A stretch of DNA of 64,000 nt from Takakia lepidozioides (Eukaryota; Plantae; Bryophyta), in NCBI GenBank assembly GCA_030704615.1, contig CM060733.1:68820001-68884000 (forward strand). Reading direction: 5' to 3'. The number at the start of each line of letters is the position of its first letter. Positions within the stretch are counted from its first letter, which is position 1. Shown piece by piece: positions 21,541-33,190 of this stretch. Under the pieces are notes generated by a model. It did not search any database. It saw nothing but the letters and a program-made list of their open reading frames with translations, and was not told where the DNA came from. The position numbers and the translations under genes were made by a program.

Positions 21541-24500
21541 TCACACGTGTTTAATAAACTTTTCAGACCATAAGGTGGCACTTCCCTGCGTGTCACCCAA
21601 TGTGGTATGATTAGGGGTAACAGAGTAGTCCGGGTACGGCAACACAACCTCTGAAATCATGACCAATTTCACATGGATACAGTAATAGTTGTCTGGCACA
21701 TTTGCTTTCGGAAATCCAGCAATATATCCCACACCTGCCCTTCTTTTTGGTGCACAAGGATCAAACAATAACACCTTGTCGCCGATCTGAAACTACAACA
21801 AAAACCAGATTCCTATATCAGAAATGAACCCTGGAGAACAGAGACTGACAGCTTGGCACTCCTGCAAAATGCATCCTCGTTCTTCCAGCAAACACCCCAA
21901 CCCTACCTATTGCAGTACTTCCAATTCTGAATTGCATTTGCCTGTCTCTATACTCCATGCTGACATGATCAAAGGTGGAACGGTGCCATACCTAGTTGAT
22001 AGCAGGTTCTGCATGGTCAACATGGATGTGGTAGGACGATGTCACAAAACTACCTTTGTAGGTTGTCAATCCTGCAGCTACACAGCGATACATAGGGGGG
22101 GGGTTGCTATTGATCCAGCATCAGACAAGGAAACAAAAGAGGACAAAGGAAGTACTTACACTGTGCGGATTTTATTGGTCACCCCATGGTTCAGTTACAT
22201 CCACTGTGGTTGTAGTCTGATTGATAGCACATATTGTGCTTTCCCTGCCCATTGAACGCTTCACTGGTTTCACCATCTGCATATTGAATGACACATGATC
22301 AAAAAATGAGAATAGCACGAATGACACACATTGTGAAGTAGCATTAACAATACAAATCCACCCACGCGCCCAAGCATTGAATCTTTTGCTCTCACCTTTC
22401 TTTGATTATGCTTTGTTGTTGCATCGGGAGGCAAAGTCGTTGGAACTCTGGCAGCAGGAAGCCCTGGTTCGGATGCCTTTGCAGATTGTTGTGATCCACT
22501 ACCCATGGCTGCAGTATTGAACAAGTAGTTGGGCTGCCCATATCTGTATGGGTGCCCTAACACATACTCAGGGATGTGTGCAGCCTTGGATACACCCTCT
22601 AACCAAGGCAGTAATTCTTTCATAAGCCTCTTGCAGTTTGGCTGATCCCTCAACTTCCATGGATACGGGAAGATGCAATTATTTGCAGGGTTGGGTAAGC
22701 AAGTGAGTGGGGAATCGTCCACCAGCAAAGTATTGGTTGGATTGTAATGGCTGTAGTCCTTCCAAAACTTACATAAGTTCTTGTACATGACAATTTTAGA
22801 AGGATTGAGAGGGTCCACCATTCCCACAGGTTGGTCACAATAGTCTTGGTGAAGCACCATCTTTGGTTGCTTCCCAGGAAACAATGCTTTCACAACTGGA
22901 AGGACATTACTCAATGACATGGAAGACCATACACCTACATCAAAAATCTGAAGGCATCGGTCCAGAAACTCCTGACACCCAGGTCTGGAGGTGATAGTGG
23001 GCTCTAGGTGTTCCCTTGTTCGTAGTCTGCTCTCACATAACAATCCATTCAAGTCAAGTATAAGGATGTGTTTCTGCCTCTCAGTTGCCGAAGGGCAATT
23101 ACCAACAACTTGTACATGATTATCATGTACAAAAGACACACCTTTCTGTGGGGCACTCTGCAAATTCATGGAGACCTCACAGGCATATTGAGAGGGTAGT
23201 ACATATGCCGGAAGTGCTACTGGTGTAGGGGACAACAAAACGGATGAACACTTTGCAGTTGCCTCAACAATATGGGGGGATGGATTGAGTTCACCTTCAG
23301 ACCAACCCTCCATGTCATCATCCCCCTCCATTTCTGAAAGCCCAAACAATGAGCCTATTGTGTTTGGCTTTGGTGGCGGTGAAGAAACTGCCTTGAACAG
23401 GTTGAGTGGTGAGCCCATAACATGAGAAATAGTCTCATTTGTTGTGTGTGGCGCAAAGGTGGTGCATGGTGGACCTGTAGGTTCCGAATCTGGCACATTC
23501 ATGCCAAGTTTAGCTGCGAGCGCAATGTTGAATGCAGCTGCTGCCTCCAGTTGGCCTTGGACTGCTTCCAAAGCTGCCTTGGAGCTGGCTTCCATCTGCA
23601 CTTGTTTGTTTTCCATAGCATCGAGGCGAGCTGCTAGTGAACCAATTCCCTGCCCCATCACATAGAACACCTCCAAAGTAACAATTCACTACACTGACTG
23701 ATGAACTAGTAAGAAAACAGAACCAAACGGCAACTAGCAATGGCATGGAAATCACGAATATGTAATTCACACCAGAATTGGTACTGAGTTTATATACCGT
23801 TGTGGCTGCACTGCCTGTACACCCCGAGCCGTAGCCTTTGTCACTCCTGGCGCTACCGGCGATCTCCTGCAAACTTGGTGTACGTCCAGTCTCCTTCTCC
23901 TGTGATTGCAACAAACTTGCAAGTGTTAATGACTAGCATAGCACACTGCCAACAGTAAAGAATTATCTAGGATAGCGTCAATGACTCCCCCTCAATAAGA
24001 GTGCTTAGTTTCTTGCTGGCGCCCAACTCTGAGAAGGCCCCCAAGTAGTAGCAATGTGTACTAATTCAATGGTGATAGGAATAGACTCTGAGCTCCAGCC
24101 AAAAAAACCCAACACATAAAGTTTGTCAATGCAAAACAATGTGGGAACTTCCTATGTTGTAAGAGAAGTATACCAGTCGTGCTACAACACCGCTGATTCC
24201 ACTGCGACCTGATCGAGATGTATTCTTCACACATCCCCGCGCCTTGACACCATTTGCCTGAAATTTCTTGAAATCAGTGGAACCCCAACTAACAACTAGT
24301 TGTGCCCATGTCTTGTCTGGCACATGATGGGGTTTGGGCAGCCCCACACTATAGTAATTTTTGAACAACTTATTTCGTTGGTACTTGAGCTACCCGCAAA
24401 TTGTTTTTGTAATAGCCTTTATGTTAAGACCAGGAGGTCCGTATTCCCAATCTGAAGCCAGGATCTCCATGATCTTTTCAATTAAGTGTAATGGTTGATC

Positions 24501-26376
24501 TTGAGCATACAATGACCAGTCCAACAAACGTTGACACTGCCCTCGCAGAGCTGTCATCCACTGGTTCCGAGCAGGACCTTCAGGGTTTCCAAGTTCATCA
24601 CAATAAATGAAAAATTTCCTCCTCCCTACAGCCACATTCTGAGCAGCCTGGTCTCTCAGATCTTTTGCAAGTGCCCTTTTTTCCCTCCTTAAAGCATTTT
24701 TGCATTCTATAGGAGTCACACCTGATGTCCCCCCAGGACTAAGGCTGGAATCCTGCAAGGTTTCAGCAGTGCCATGCATGTTACCACCTTCACTCTGTTG
24801 GGGCTGGACTGCTGTCTCCCACCCCACAGGATGATGCGGAGCAAATGCATCCTCGGTCTGTTTCAGAATGCCTTTCCCTTTCAGGGTATTAGGTGTACCT
24901 GGAGATGTTGGATAAAGAGGTGGCCGCGGTGCAGTGAAGCTCAAAGGTGCCGGCAGTTGTACTCCACTGTAGTTGGATCCTGAAGGTTGGTGGCCACCAT
25001 ACTGGACCTGCCCCTGGTGTGGTCTTGCAGGGCTGGTAGGATAGAGGGAGGAAGTAGGTTGGTTGTACATAGGCCGAGGAGGATACATACTATGGGGATG
25101 CATTCCATAATGGTGGTAAATGGAATACCCACCTTGACTAGGATCATGCATTGGAGCGCCTGCAGGTGGAGCAAAAGAATTGTAATTCTGGCACTGAGAA
25201 TCATTGTTTGGAGGTTGATAGTGAGGATACGGCATGTGCCCATGCAGATTATACCCTGACATGGCAGGATACTGTGGGTACATAAGCGGATACGAGGGAG
25301 GAGCCGATACTGGTGGATACAAGGGAGGTGGAACGTCAGTCTGTGGAGTGGGCGGGGCTGGTTTTTCGTAAGGGGAAACAACCGCGCCACTCATCACAGC
25401 AGTTGGCGCAATAGTTGGTGCACACTTTGCTGGAGTAAGAGACTTATGCTCGTTCGCATCCTTCCCTGCAATTCCCTTCCTTTTTTTTACTGAACTCTGC
25501 ACACATTGCTCAAACTCCGTGGTTGACAAGATCATTGGGATGAAACTAATTGTCTGTGCTAGAGCTGTTAATTGGTGGACCAATGAGATTAAACTCAAGA
25601 TAACTGAGAGACGAGCCCTCTATAAAGAGTGCTGCAATTTGGAAACCAACAGAGAATTGTGGGCGAGGTACTACCAGCTCCGTAAAGATATCAATCAGCT
25701 TGTTAGGTCTCAGAACCCTAAATTATACTGGGACAAGTTATATAGTGTTTGAAACTCGGAACTTTGGTGCAGATCGCAAACCTGCTGATGGGTTGGGGAG
25801 TTTGCAGGGTGCTTTGCACGCTTTCTCTTTGTTGGGGCTTCTTTCATCGTTTCCATCTCTGACTCCGAGCTGGTCTCATTCAAGTCTTCATGTGCGGCAT
25901 AATCTTGGTCTCGCTGCAATTCTTGCTCTCGTGCCTCCTCTGTGTCTGACTCCGCTACCACCTGCACTTCCTCCTCTTGCTCTACCTCTTTCTCCCGTTG
26001 TGACATTGCAGAGTGCAGGAGTTGAACTCTGTGACTTTGGCGAGGAGGACCTGTGTGTTTGAGGATTTCCTCAACGAGGCGTTTAGGGCGACTCAGTCTC
26101 GCTTCGACGCTGCAAAGAAGAAGAAGAAAGACAATGTCAGCAGCAGCAAAACCCTAACATATCCTCTCTACAGGTTTGGAGCTTCAAATGCGGTTTCATG
26201 GCTAGGGCTAGGTAGGGCATATGAAAAAACGCAAGTTCGGACCTCTTTGCAATGTCGTAGATCTTCAGTCGTGCGAAGAATGCCTTGTTCTCCGCTTGAC
26301 GCTTTGCTCGTTCTACCTCCCTCGCTGTAGGCTTGCGCCCTGGTGTAACTTCTGGACACTCTATGTCTGTCTCCAT
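21541..26376 (-). CDS. CACTA second gene: TnpA/Ptta-like multi-exon gene with an FCP1/SCP (NIF)-like HAD phosphatase domain, interrupted by a LINE fragment
   Basis: Ptta-like VPDKTWAQLVVSW..NGVKAR..SRSGRSG (24170-24370). NIF-like ILILDLNGLL, RPGCQEFL, VGVWSS and LLVDDSP in ORF 22270-23676. Exon structure is approximate. Confidence 0.65.
25518..25751 (+). mobile_element. Short internal non-LTR (LINE) fragment inserted in a CACTA exon
   Basis: NWWTNEIKLKITERRALYK..YYQLRK resembles the EN-RT linker of LINEs. Flanked by a duplicated AAACTC (25512-25517, 25752-25757). Removing it restores the frame SSEFEQCVQ. Confidence 0.6.
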
Positions 26377-26405
26377 TTCCTGACGAGTCTCACTCAGTCG
26401 CCAAG

Positions 26406-29400
26406 ATGATCCCTCCTACTGCCCATCAATTGCAAAGGCGGACACAAGCAGAACATGACGATGATAGATTGTGGAAACTAGAGGAAGCGCGAGCAAGAAG
26501 ACTGGGTCTTCGGAAAATTCTATGTCCATGCAATGCCTGTCATGGTGGGAACTGGCAAACCATTGGCCGGGCTAAGCGTCATCTGCTTTTGAACTTGCGA
26601 GATCCTAACTTGCGAGAACTCCCGGTGCATATATGTGGATTCTCTTCCCTTAACCCTGATGCATACTTTGAAATTATAAGAAACAGTTGAAATTCCTGGG
26701 AGCGGGATTGTTGTAAGGTGTAGAGTATTGTACATGCCCGTTTTCCTATTGCCACGTGCCTGTATTATGGCACGTTCCACATCCACCATTTCCAACCCTA
26801 AACTCCCCATCTTATTGTGGATTGACATGTGGACTGATATGCTTATAAGCAGGAAAACTCTGGAGACGAACATGAGGGGTTTAGAACGGAAACCAGCCCT
26901 GCAGGTGGTCCTGATACCTTGGATCGTAATCTTGACATGCTTAGAATGCTCCGGGTCCCCAGATTTGCTTTTCTGACATGAATTCCCTGAACTGCTACGT
27001 GACAATGGATTTGGGAATCGCAAGTAATGTCGAATGCGAAGGAGCAAGTCGTAATGCACACAAATTCGTTCGGCTTGTACGTCAAATGGGATGGAACACA
27101 GACATTGGAAGACTACGTGACACGTTTCAGATGTGCGTACAAGGACAACCTTTTCGCCAGAGAGCTACAGACAGCAAGAAGGAGCGTGGAGTTTACACAT
27201 CAGGAGGGAGCGGGGAAAGCTGCAATGCGAATTGTTTACAGGTGAAGCACAGCTGCCCTTGTATGCGAAGCCTGGTTACGAGGTTTGTCTCGGAAATGCG
27301 GCACCGCATTCGCATTTTATGTTTTCGGTGGCACTCTGCGAGTAGGTTGGTCTCAACTTTTGCTCACGCATGCTGACTGCCTTGCAGGTATATGAAATAC
27401 ATGCTCCTTCAGACAGGGGCCCTGGCTCAAGAGCCCCCGTTCTTCATGGCTTGGACCGTGGCGGGCCCAAGCTGTGTCTACACACCCGAGATGCAGAAAC
27501 AATGGCATCCCGCGCATCTCGTTGGATGCCCGTGGTACCTGGACATGTCTGGCGGTATTGTTGACGAGTCTGAGAAAGATCTGCACGCCTTGGCAGAAGA
27601 GAAGAGAAAGGAAAGACGTGTCCCTGCTGGGCCAAAGTCGGCAAAGGAATCTGCTGCTCTGGAAGAATCCAGAAAGGCAGCTGAGATGGCACAAAAGACG
27701 GTGGATGCAGCTGTGCAGGCCCAACAGAAGGGGTCGAAGAAGAGGACTCGCCAGCAAGGAGCAGCTGTTGTGACACCCGCCAAAACGAAGAAGCAGAAAC
27801 AGCCTGTTCAGGAAGAGGGTGAGGAAGAGGACTCCGATGGAGACTTTGCAACCAGCCCACCCCCCCAAACGCAGGCTGCCTCCCCTGTGCCCACCGTTGT
27901 CACGAGAGGCACGAGAACTGGCTCGGCAAAGAAGGCACTCTTCAACCCCCCAGGGGGGCACCTTCGCAACTACAGATAATGGGGTGCAAACTGGTGATGC
28001 ACATGAGGAACCGGGAGATGGAACACAGGGCCAATGGGACACAGATGGAGTGCCAGAGCAGATTGATGGTGGACTGAAGAGCGATGGTGATCGTGGTGCA
28101 GCGAGTGCCTTACGTTTTGAGCAGGAGGCATCCAGGGCTTTGTATGTAGGGAGTTCTTCCTCTCGATTGTCTGCTACCTTACTGCTGTTAAATGCTTGTC
28201 AAACCCATGGTGTGTCAAACACCTTTGTCGATGAACTCCTTACATTGTTAGGAAGACAACTGTTGCCAGTAGACAATTGCCTGCCAAAGTCCCAATATAT
28301 GGCAAAACAACTCATAATGGAACTCGGGCTTCATTACGAGAGTATACATGCATGTCCGAAAGGTTGTGTGTTGTTCAGAAGGGAGCTTCAAAATTTGGAG
28401 GTTTGTCCAAAATGTCAGGCATGTCGTTATGTGGTGGGTACAAAGACACCAGTACCTCGTAAGGTCCTTCGACATTTCCCTATCATTCCAAGGCTGCTTC
28501 GAATGTATAAAGCCAAATCCATCTCAGAGTTATTGTCATGGCACTTTAAGAATCGAAGTTTGGATGGCTTGGTTAGGCACCCAGCAGACAGCAAGGCTTG
28601 GGCCCACATTGACCAAAAATGGCCTGAGTTTGCAGCGGACCCCAGAAATCTGTGATTGGGTCTCGCATGGGATGGTGTCAATCCTTACAGTGATAAATCA
28701 AACAAATGGTCAACTTGGCCTGTCATGTTGGTAAACTATAATCTTCCACCATGGCTGTGTACTAAGCCATTTTTCACGATGTTGGCTTTATTGATTCCTG
28801 GACCACAATCTGTGGGAAATGACAATGCAGATGTTTATCTGCAGCCCCTTCTGGATGAGCTGAAATTGTTGTGGGAAGTTGGTGTGGAGGCATTGGATGG
28901 AAGTAGCCTAGTGGGGCAACAGTCATTTCGCATGAGGGCCATCTTGATGTGGTCAATCCATGACTTTCCAGCTTATGGGTTGCTAGCAGGATGCGCACAC
29001 GGGGGATACAAGGCCTGCCTAGCTTGCGGCCCTAATGTTGATTCCAGGTACTCCAAGGCATGCAAAAAAGTTTTGTATCTTGGTCATAGGAGATACTTGC
29101 CTGCTATTCATCCCTATAGGAATAACTCGTCCCACTTTAATGGACATGTGGAACATAGAGCAGCTCCTATGGTGGTCACTGCAAGTGAGCAATTTGACCG
29201 GGCTACAACCAGAGAGTTGTATCTCGCAATGGGAGGGGCTGAGGGGGGAAAACTGGACCCTTCAAAGGAACATGGCATGAAACGGGTCACTGTTTTGAAC
29301 CAATTGCCATACTGGAAAGACTTACTCATCCGATACACACTGGATGTGATGCATTGTGAAAAAAATTTGCTTGAGAATGTGCTGAGAACCATTCTTGGGG

Positions 29401-31217
29401 AGAAGGACACAGCCACATCTAGGAAGGATATGGAACTCAATGTCATTCGTGAACACTTGTGGTTGAGACCCCATCCTTCTCACCCGAACAAGTTGGTCAA
29501 GCCTTTGGCCCCATATGTTCTTACTGAAGATGAGAAGGTGCTGTTTTTGGAAACATTGGCTGCAGTAAAGGCCCCCACAGGTTATGCTGCCACATTCCAG
29601 AAACATGTGGCTGACAATAAACTGTCTACAATGAAAACCCATGACTACCATGTAATGATGCAGCATATTTTACCTCTTTGCATTCGAGGGGTATTGGTAA
29701 AGGGTCCACGGATGGCAATTATGAGGCTTTCTCGAGTCTTCCAAAAAGTGTGTGCAAAGATCATTAATCCAGCTGAGGTACCGGCCTTAAAAGAAGATGT
29801 TGCAATCACTATGTGTCTGCTGGAGAAAGAATTCCCTCCATCATTTTTTGATATCATGACTCACTTGCTTGTACACCTTGTGGACGAATTGGAGGTGTGT
29901 GGTCCCGTGTCTAGCCATTGGATGTATCCTATGGAACGGTATATGAAGACATTAAAAGGCTATGTAAGGAATATGAGCCGACCTGAAGGGAGCATGGCGG
30001 AAGGGTATGCTTTGGATGAGGCCCTAGGGTTTCTAACTGAGTATATGGCTGAATTTCATGCTACAAGCCGAAGGGTGTGGGACTCCAATGAAGAAGACTC
30101 AGTTAGTGGGGAGGTGGCTGAAGGATTGGGAACTGTACGAGTCCTCACCTATCAAGAACGAGACAGTGCACACGAGTATATTTTGCACAACACAGATTGC
30201 ATGAAACCATTCCTTGAGTAAGTATATTGCTTATCATATCCTGTGTGTTTCATTTCTGCCAATGGTATAAGCTGTAATCCTAATTTGCAATTCTCATTTG
30301 GACAGGGCCTATGAAGAGGAGATGGCACTCATAGAAGCATCCCGCACTGAGTTCAGAATAGCATACCTTTGTGGACAAGACCAAGACCACCACAATGGAG
30401 AAATTCCATACCCAACAGATATGTGCTTACTGGCTCCATTCCATGAATGGATTGAAGGTGTTGTCCAACGCAAGGTGAGTTCAGGTGAGTCCTATGATTT
30501 GGACATATGCCATTTATGTATACCACCAGCAGTACAATCATTGGGCTTCAAGTCCATGTATGCTTACGGCAATCACTTTCGAGCAATAAGTGATGGGACT
30601 GGCGCCAGAGACAGGGTGACATTTGATTCTGGAGTTGCTCAAGTATTCCATCAGGAAAGCGAAAACAGAGCAGGTATGTCCAGACGAATGTTATCCCAAT
30701 TGGAATATGTGGGTGTTGTAAGAGAAATAATTCAACTGGATTACAGAATTCTTCACCCAATTCTGTTCTTGTGTACATGGGTGAGGTCACACATGGTGGG
30801 CCGGAATGCCACCATGAAACGAGATGATTATGGCTTTCTCTTGGTTGACTTCAGTCGCATGTTGCCTGGGATGGAGCAGCCCTGGACATTCCCTAGTCAG
30901 GTGGAGCAAGTTTTTTTCTCGGATGAAAAAGTTCACGAGGGAACTGGAAGGTGGTCCTTCACAAGGACCCTCGATCCCGACGAGTGGTTCACGATATTAC
31001 AGAAGTGGCACTGGGTGAAGGAGACATTTATGTAGGCATGGTGCCTCCTGAAATTCCTCATAACATCATGACTAAGCTTGCTGTTTGTGTTCCTTTGAGT
31101 GAGGCAGATGAAATGGCCATTGCCAACTTGAATGCACCTGCAAGGCAGAGGCGAAATGGTAGAAGGCGGAGGCAAGCTCCACGTGGGAGGTACCAAGCCA
31201 GTTGTGCTATGGTGTAG
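26406..31217 (+). pseudogene. CACTA TnpD/TNP2 transposase (Transposase_21 with DUF4218/DUF4216-like regions)
   Basis: ILCPC..C, IHACPKGCVLF, DPRNL*LGLAWDG (TGA at 28653, probably from CGA), DFPAYG, LDVMHCEKN, WMYPMERYMKTLKGYVRN..RPEGSMAEGY. Interrupted by the insert at 26965-27966. Confidence 0.92.
26965..27966 (+). other. Captured about 1-kb genomic fragment of a family-A ParB-MTase gene inside the CACTA transposase gene
   Basis: Highly similar to the reverse complement of about 6608-7608, including the intron and its palindrome (27291-27310). Confidence 0.9.
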
Positions 31218-32825
31218 AGTTGGTTTCTGCTATTGCATGTACTTTTCCAGGGTTAAGACTTGATACAGCATGGTACCTTCCATGGGTGGGAGTGACTGAG
31301 CTGTTGGGGTGGGCAGAATTTTGACAAACACACTTTCATTTGTGACAGTGAACCCTAAACAGTCATGAAGCTGTGGCATGAATACTTTTCTGACCCTAAT
31401 CAATGGTGGCCCAATTGTGGGAAAAAGGTGAATGCATGTTGGATTATAGAGAGTAGCAGATGCAATTGAGCATAGGAACTAGTGTGAGAAGTTGAGTTGG
31501 GTGTTTCCTTGAACAAATGTAGGCTGTTATTGTCAGTTGCTACCAGCAAGGCAAAGATGTATGCATGATTTGTGAGAGGCATGGATAGCTGAAGGAGCAG
31601 GGATAGAGTGTGGGTCCAGATTCATCCAAGAGGGCCACATTTCAAGCACAACATTGCCTATGATTCCTTGTGGAAGGATTGGTACAAGAAACCTGCATGG
31701 GTAGATGGTCAACTGGAAGCCGCAGCAGCAGCGGCACAATTGGTAAAATCAGGCGATGAGGGCACCTTCTTCAACACATTTCAGCCTGTTTTTCCCCCTT
31801 ATCACAATCGGCCCTAAATTTCCATGTTGAATTATGCAAGTTAGCTGGTTGACTGAATCTTTGATAGATTGGAGTGACTTTGACATGATACTGCCAATGT
31901 GACAACAGGAAAGTATCCAGAAACAGGTACAAGAGATGAGGAGAAGGTGTGGAATGAATACTTTTCTGATTTGGTCAAGTTTAGGGAGTGTTCAACACCA
32001 TGGCTGAACAAGATGTGGTGTCGTGGAGCGCGATGCTTGCAAGATGTGCACAGCAGTGAAGTGGGATGGAGCCTTTGAATTGCTGAATTGGCCATTGCCA
32101 ACTTGAATGCACCTGCAAGGCAGAGGCGAAATGGTAGAAGGCGGAGGCAAGCTCCACATGGGAGGTACCAAGCCAGTTGTGCTATGGTGTAGAGTTGGTT
32201 TCTGCTATTGCATGTACTTTTCCAGGGTTTATACTTGATACAGCATGGTACCTTACATGGGTGGGAGTGACTGAGCTGTTGGGGTGGGCAGAATTCTGAC
32301 AAACACACTTTCATTTGTGACAGTGAACCCTAAACAGTCATGAAGCTGTGGCATGAATACTTTTCTGACCCTAATCAATGGTGGCCCAATTGTGGCAAAA
32401 AGGTGAATGTCTGTTGGATTACAGAGAGTAGCAGATGCAATTGAGCATATGAACTAGTGTGAGAAGTTGAGTTGGGTGTTTCCTAGAACAAATGTAGGCT
32501 GTTATTGTCAGCTGCTACCAGCAAGGCAAGGATGTATGCATGATTTGTGCAGAGGCATGGATAGCTGAAGGAGCAGGGATAGAGTGTGGGTCCAGATTCA
32601 TCGGTGAGGGCCACATTTCAAGCACAACATTGCCTATGATTCCTTGTGGGAGAATAGCTACAAGAAACCTGCATGGGTAGATGGTCAACTGGAAGCCGCA
32701 GCAGCAGCGACACAATTGGTAAAATCAGGCAATGAGGGCACCTTCTTCAACACATTTCACCCTGTTTTTCCCTCTGATTAGAATCGGCCCTAAATTTCCA
32801 TGTTGAATTCTGCAAGTTAGCTGGT
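31100..32825. repeat. Direct duplication inside the CACTA element (about 31115-31845 vs 32090-32825)
   Basis: GGCCATTGCCAACTTGAATGCACCTGCAAGG ... GCAAGTTAGCTGGT occurs twice with high identity. Confidence 0.85.
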
Positions 32826-32834
32826 GGTGGACAC

Positions 32835-33190
32835 ATGTATAGCAAATGTGGGAGCACTGAGGATGCGTGTTCAACACTATGGCTGAACGAGATTGTGCGT
32901 TTGCAGTGCGTGTGCAAGTCTGGCAGCTTTGGATGCATCACCAAAGTTGGAATTGTAACAGATGCGATCCAAATGTTGGGAGCATCAAGGGCATGCCAAA
33001 TGCCTCGTATGCCAAATGTGGGAGCATCAAGGGCAAACCTGGCAGCTCTGGAAAAAGGGAAGAGGTCCATGGCTTCATTGTCAAAGCTGGAATTCTACCT
33101 GATGTGATTCTGAACAATGCCCTCGTGGACATGTATGCCAAATGTGGGAGCATCAAGGATGCGAAGGCAGTTTTCCAACACTATGGCTCT
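32835..33190 (+). pseudogene. PLS-class pentatricopeptide repeat gene fragments captured in the CACTA element
   Basis: LVVDTCI/MYSKCGSTEDA, YAKCGSI, and VHGFIVKAGILPDVILNNALVDMYAKCGSIKDAKAVF. Confidence 0.75.
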
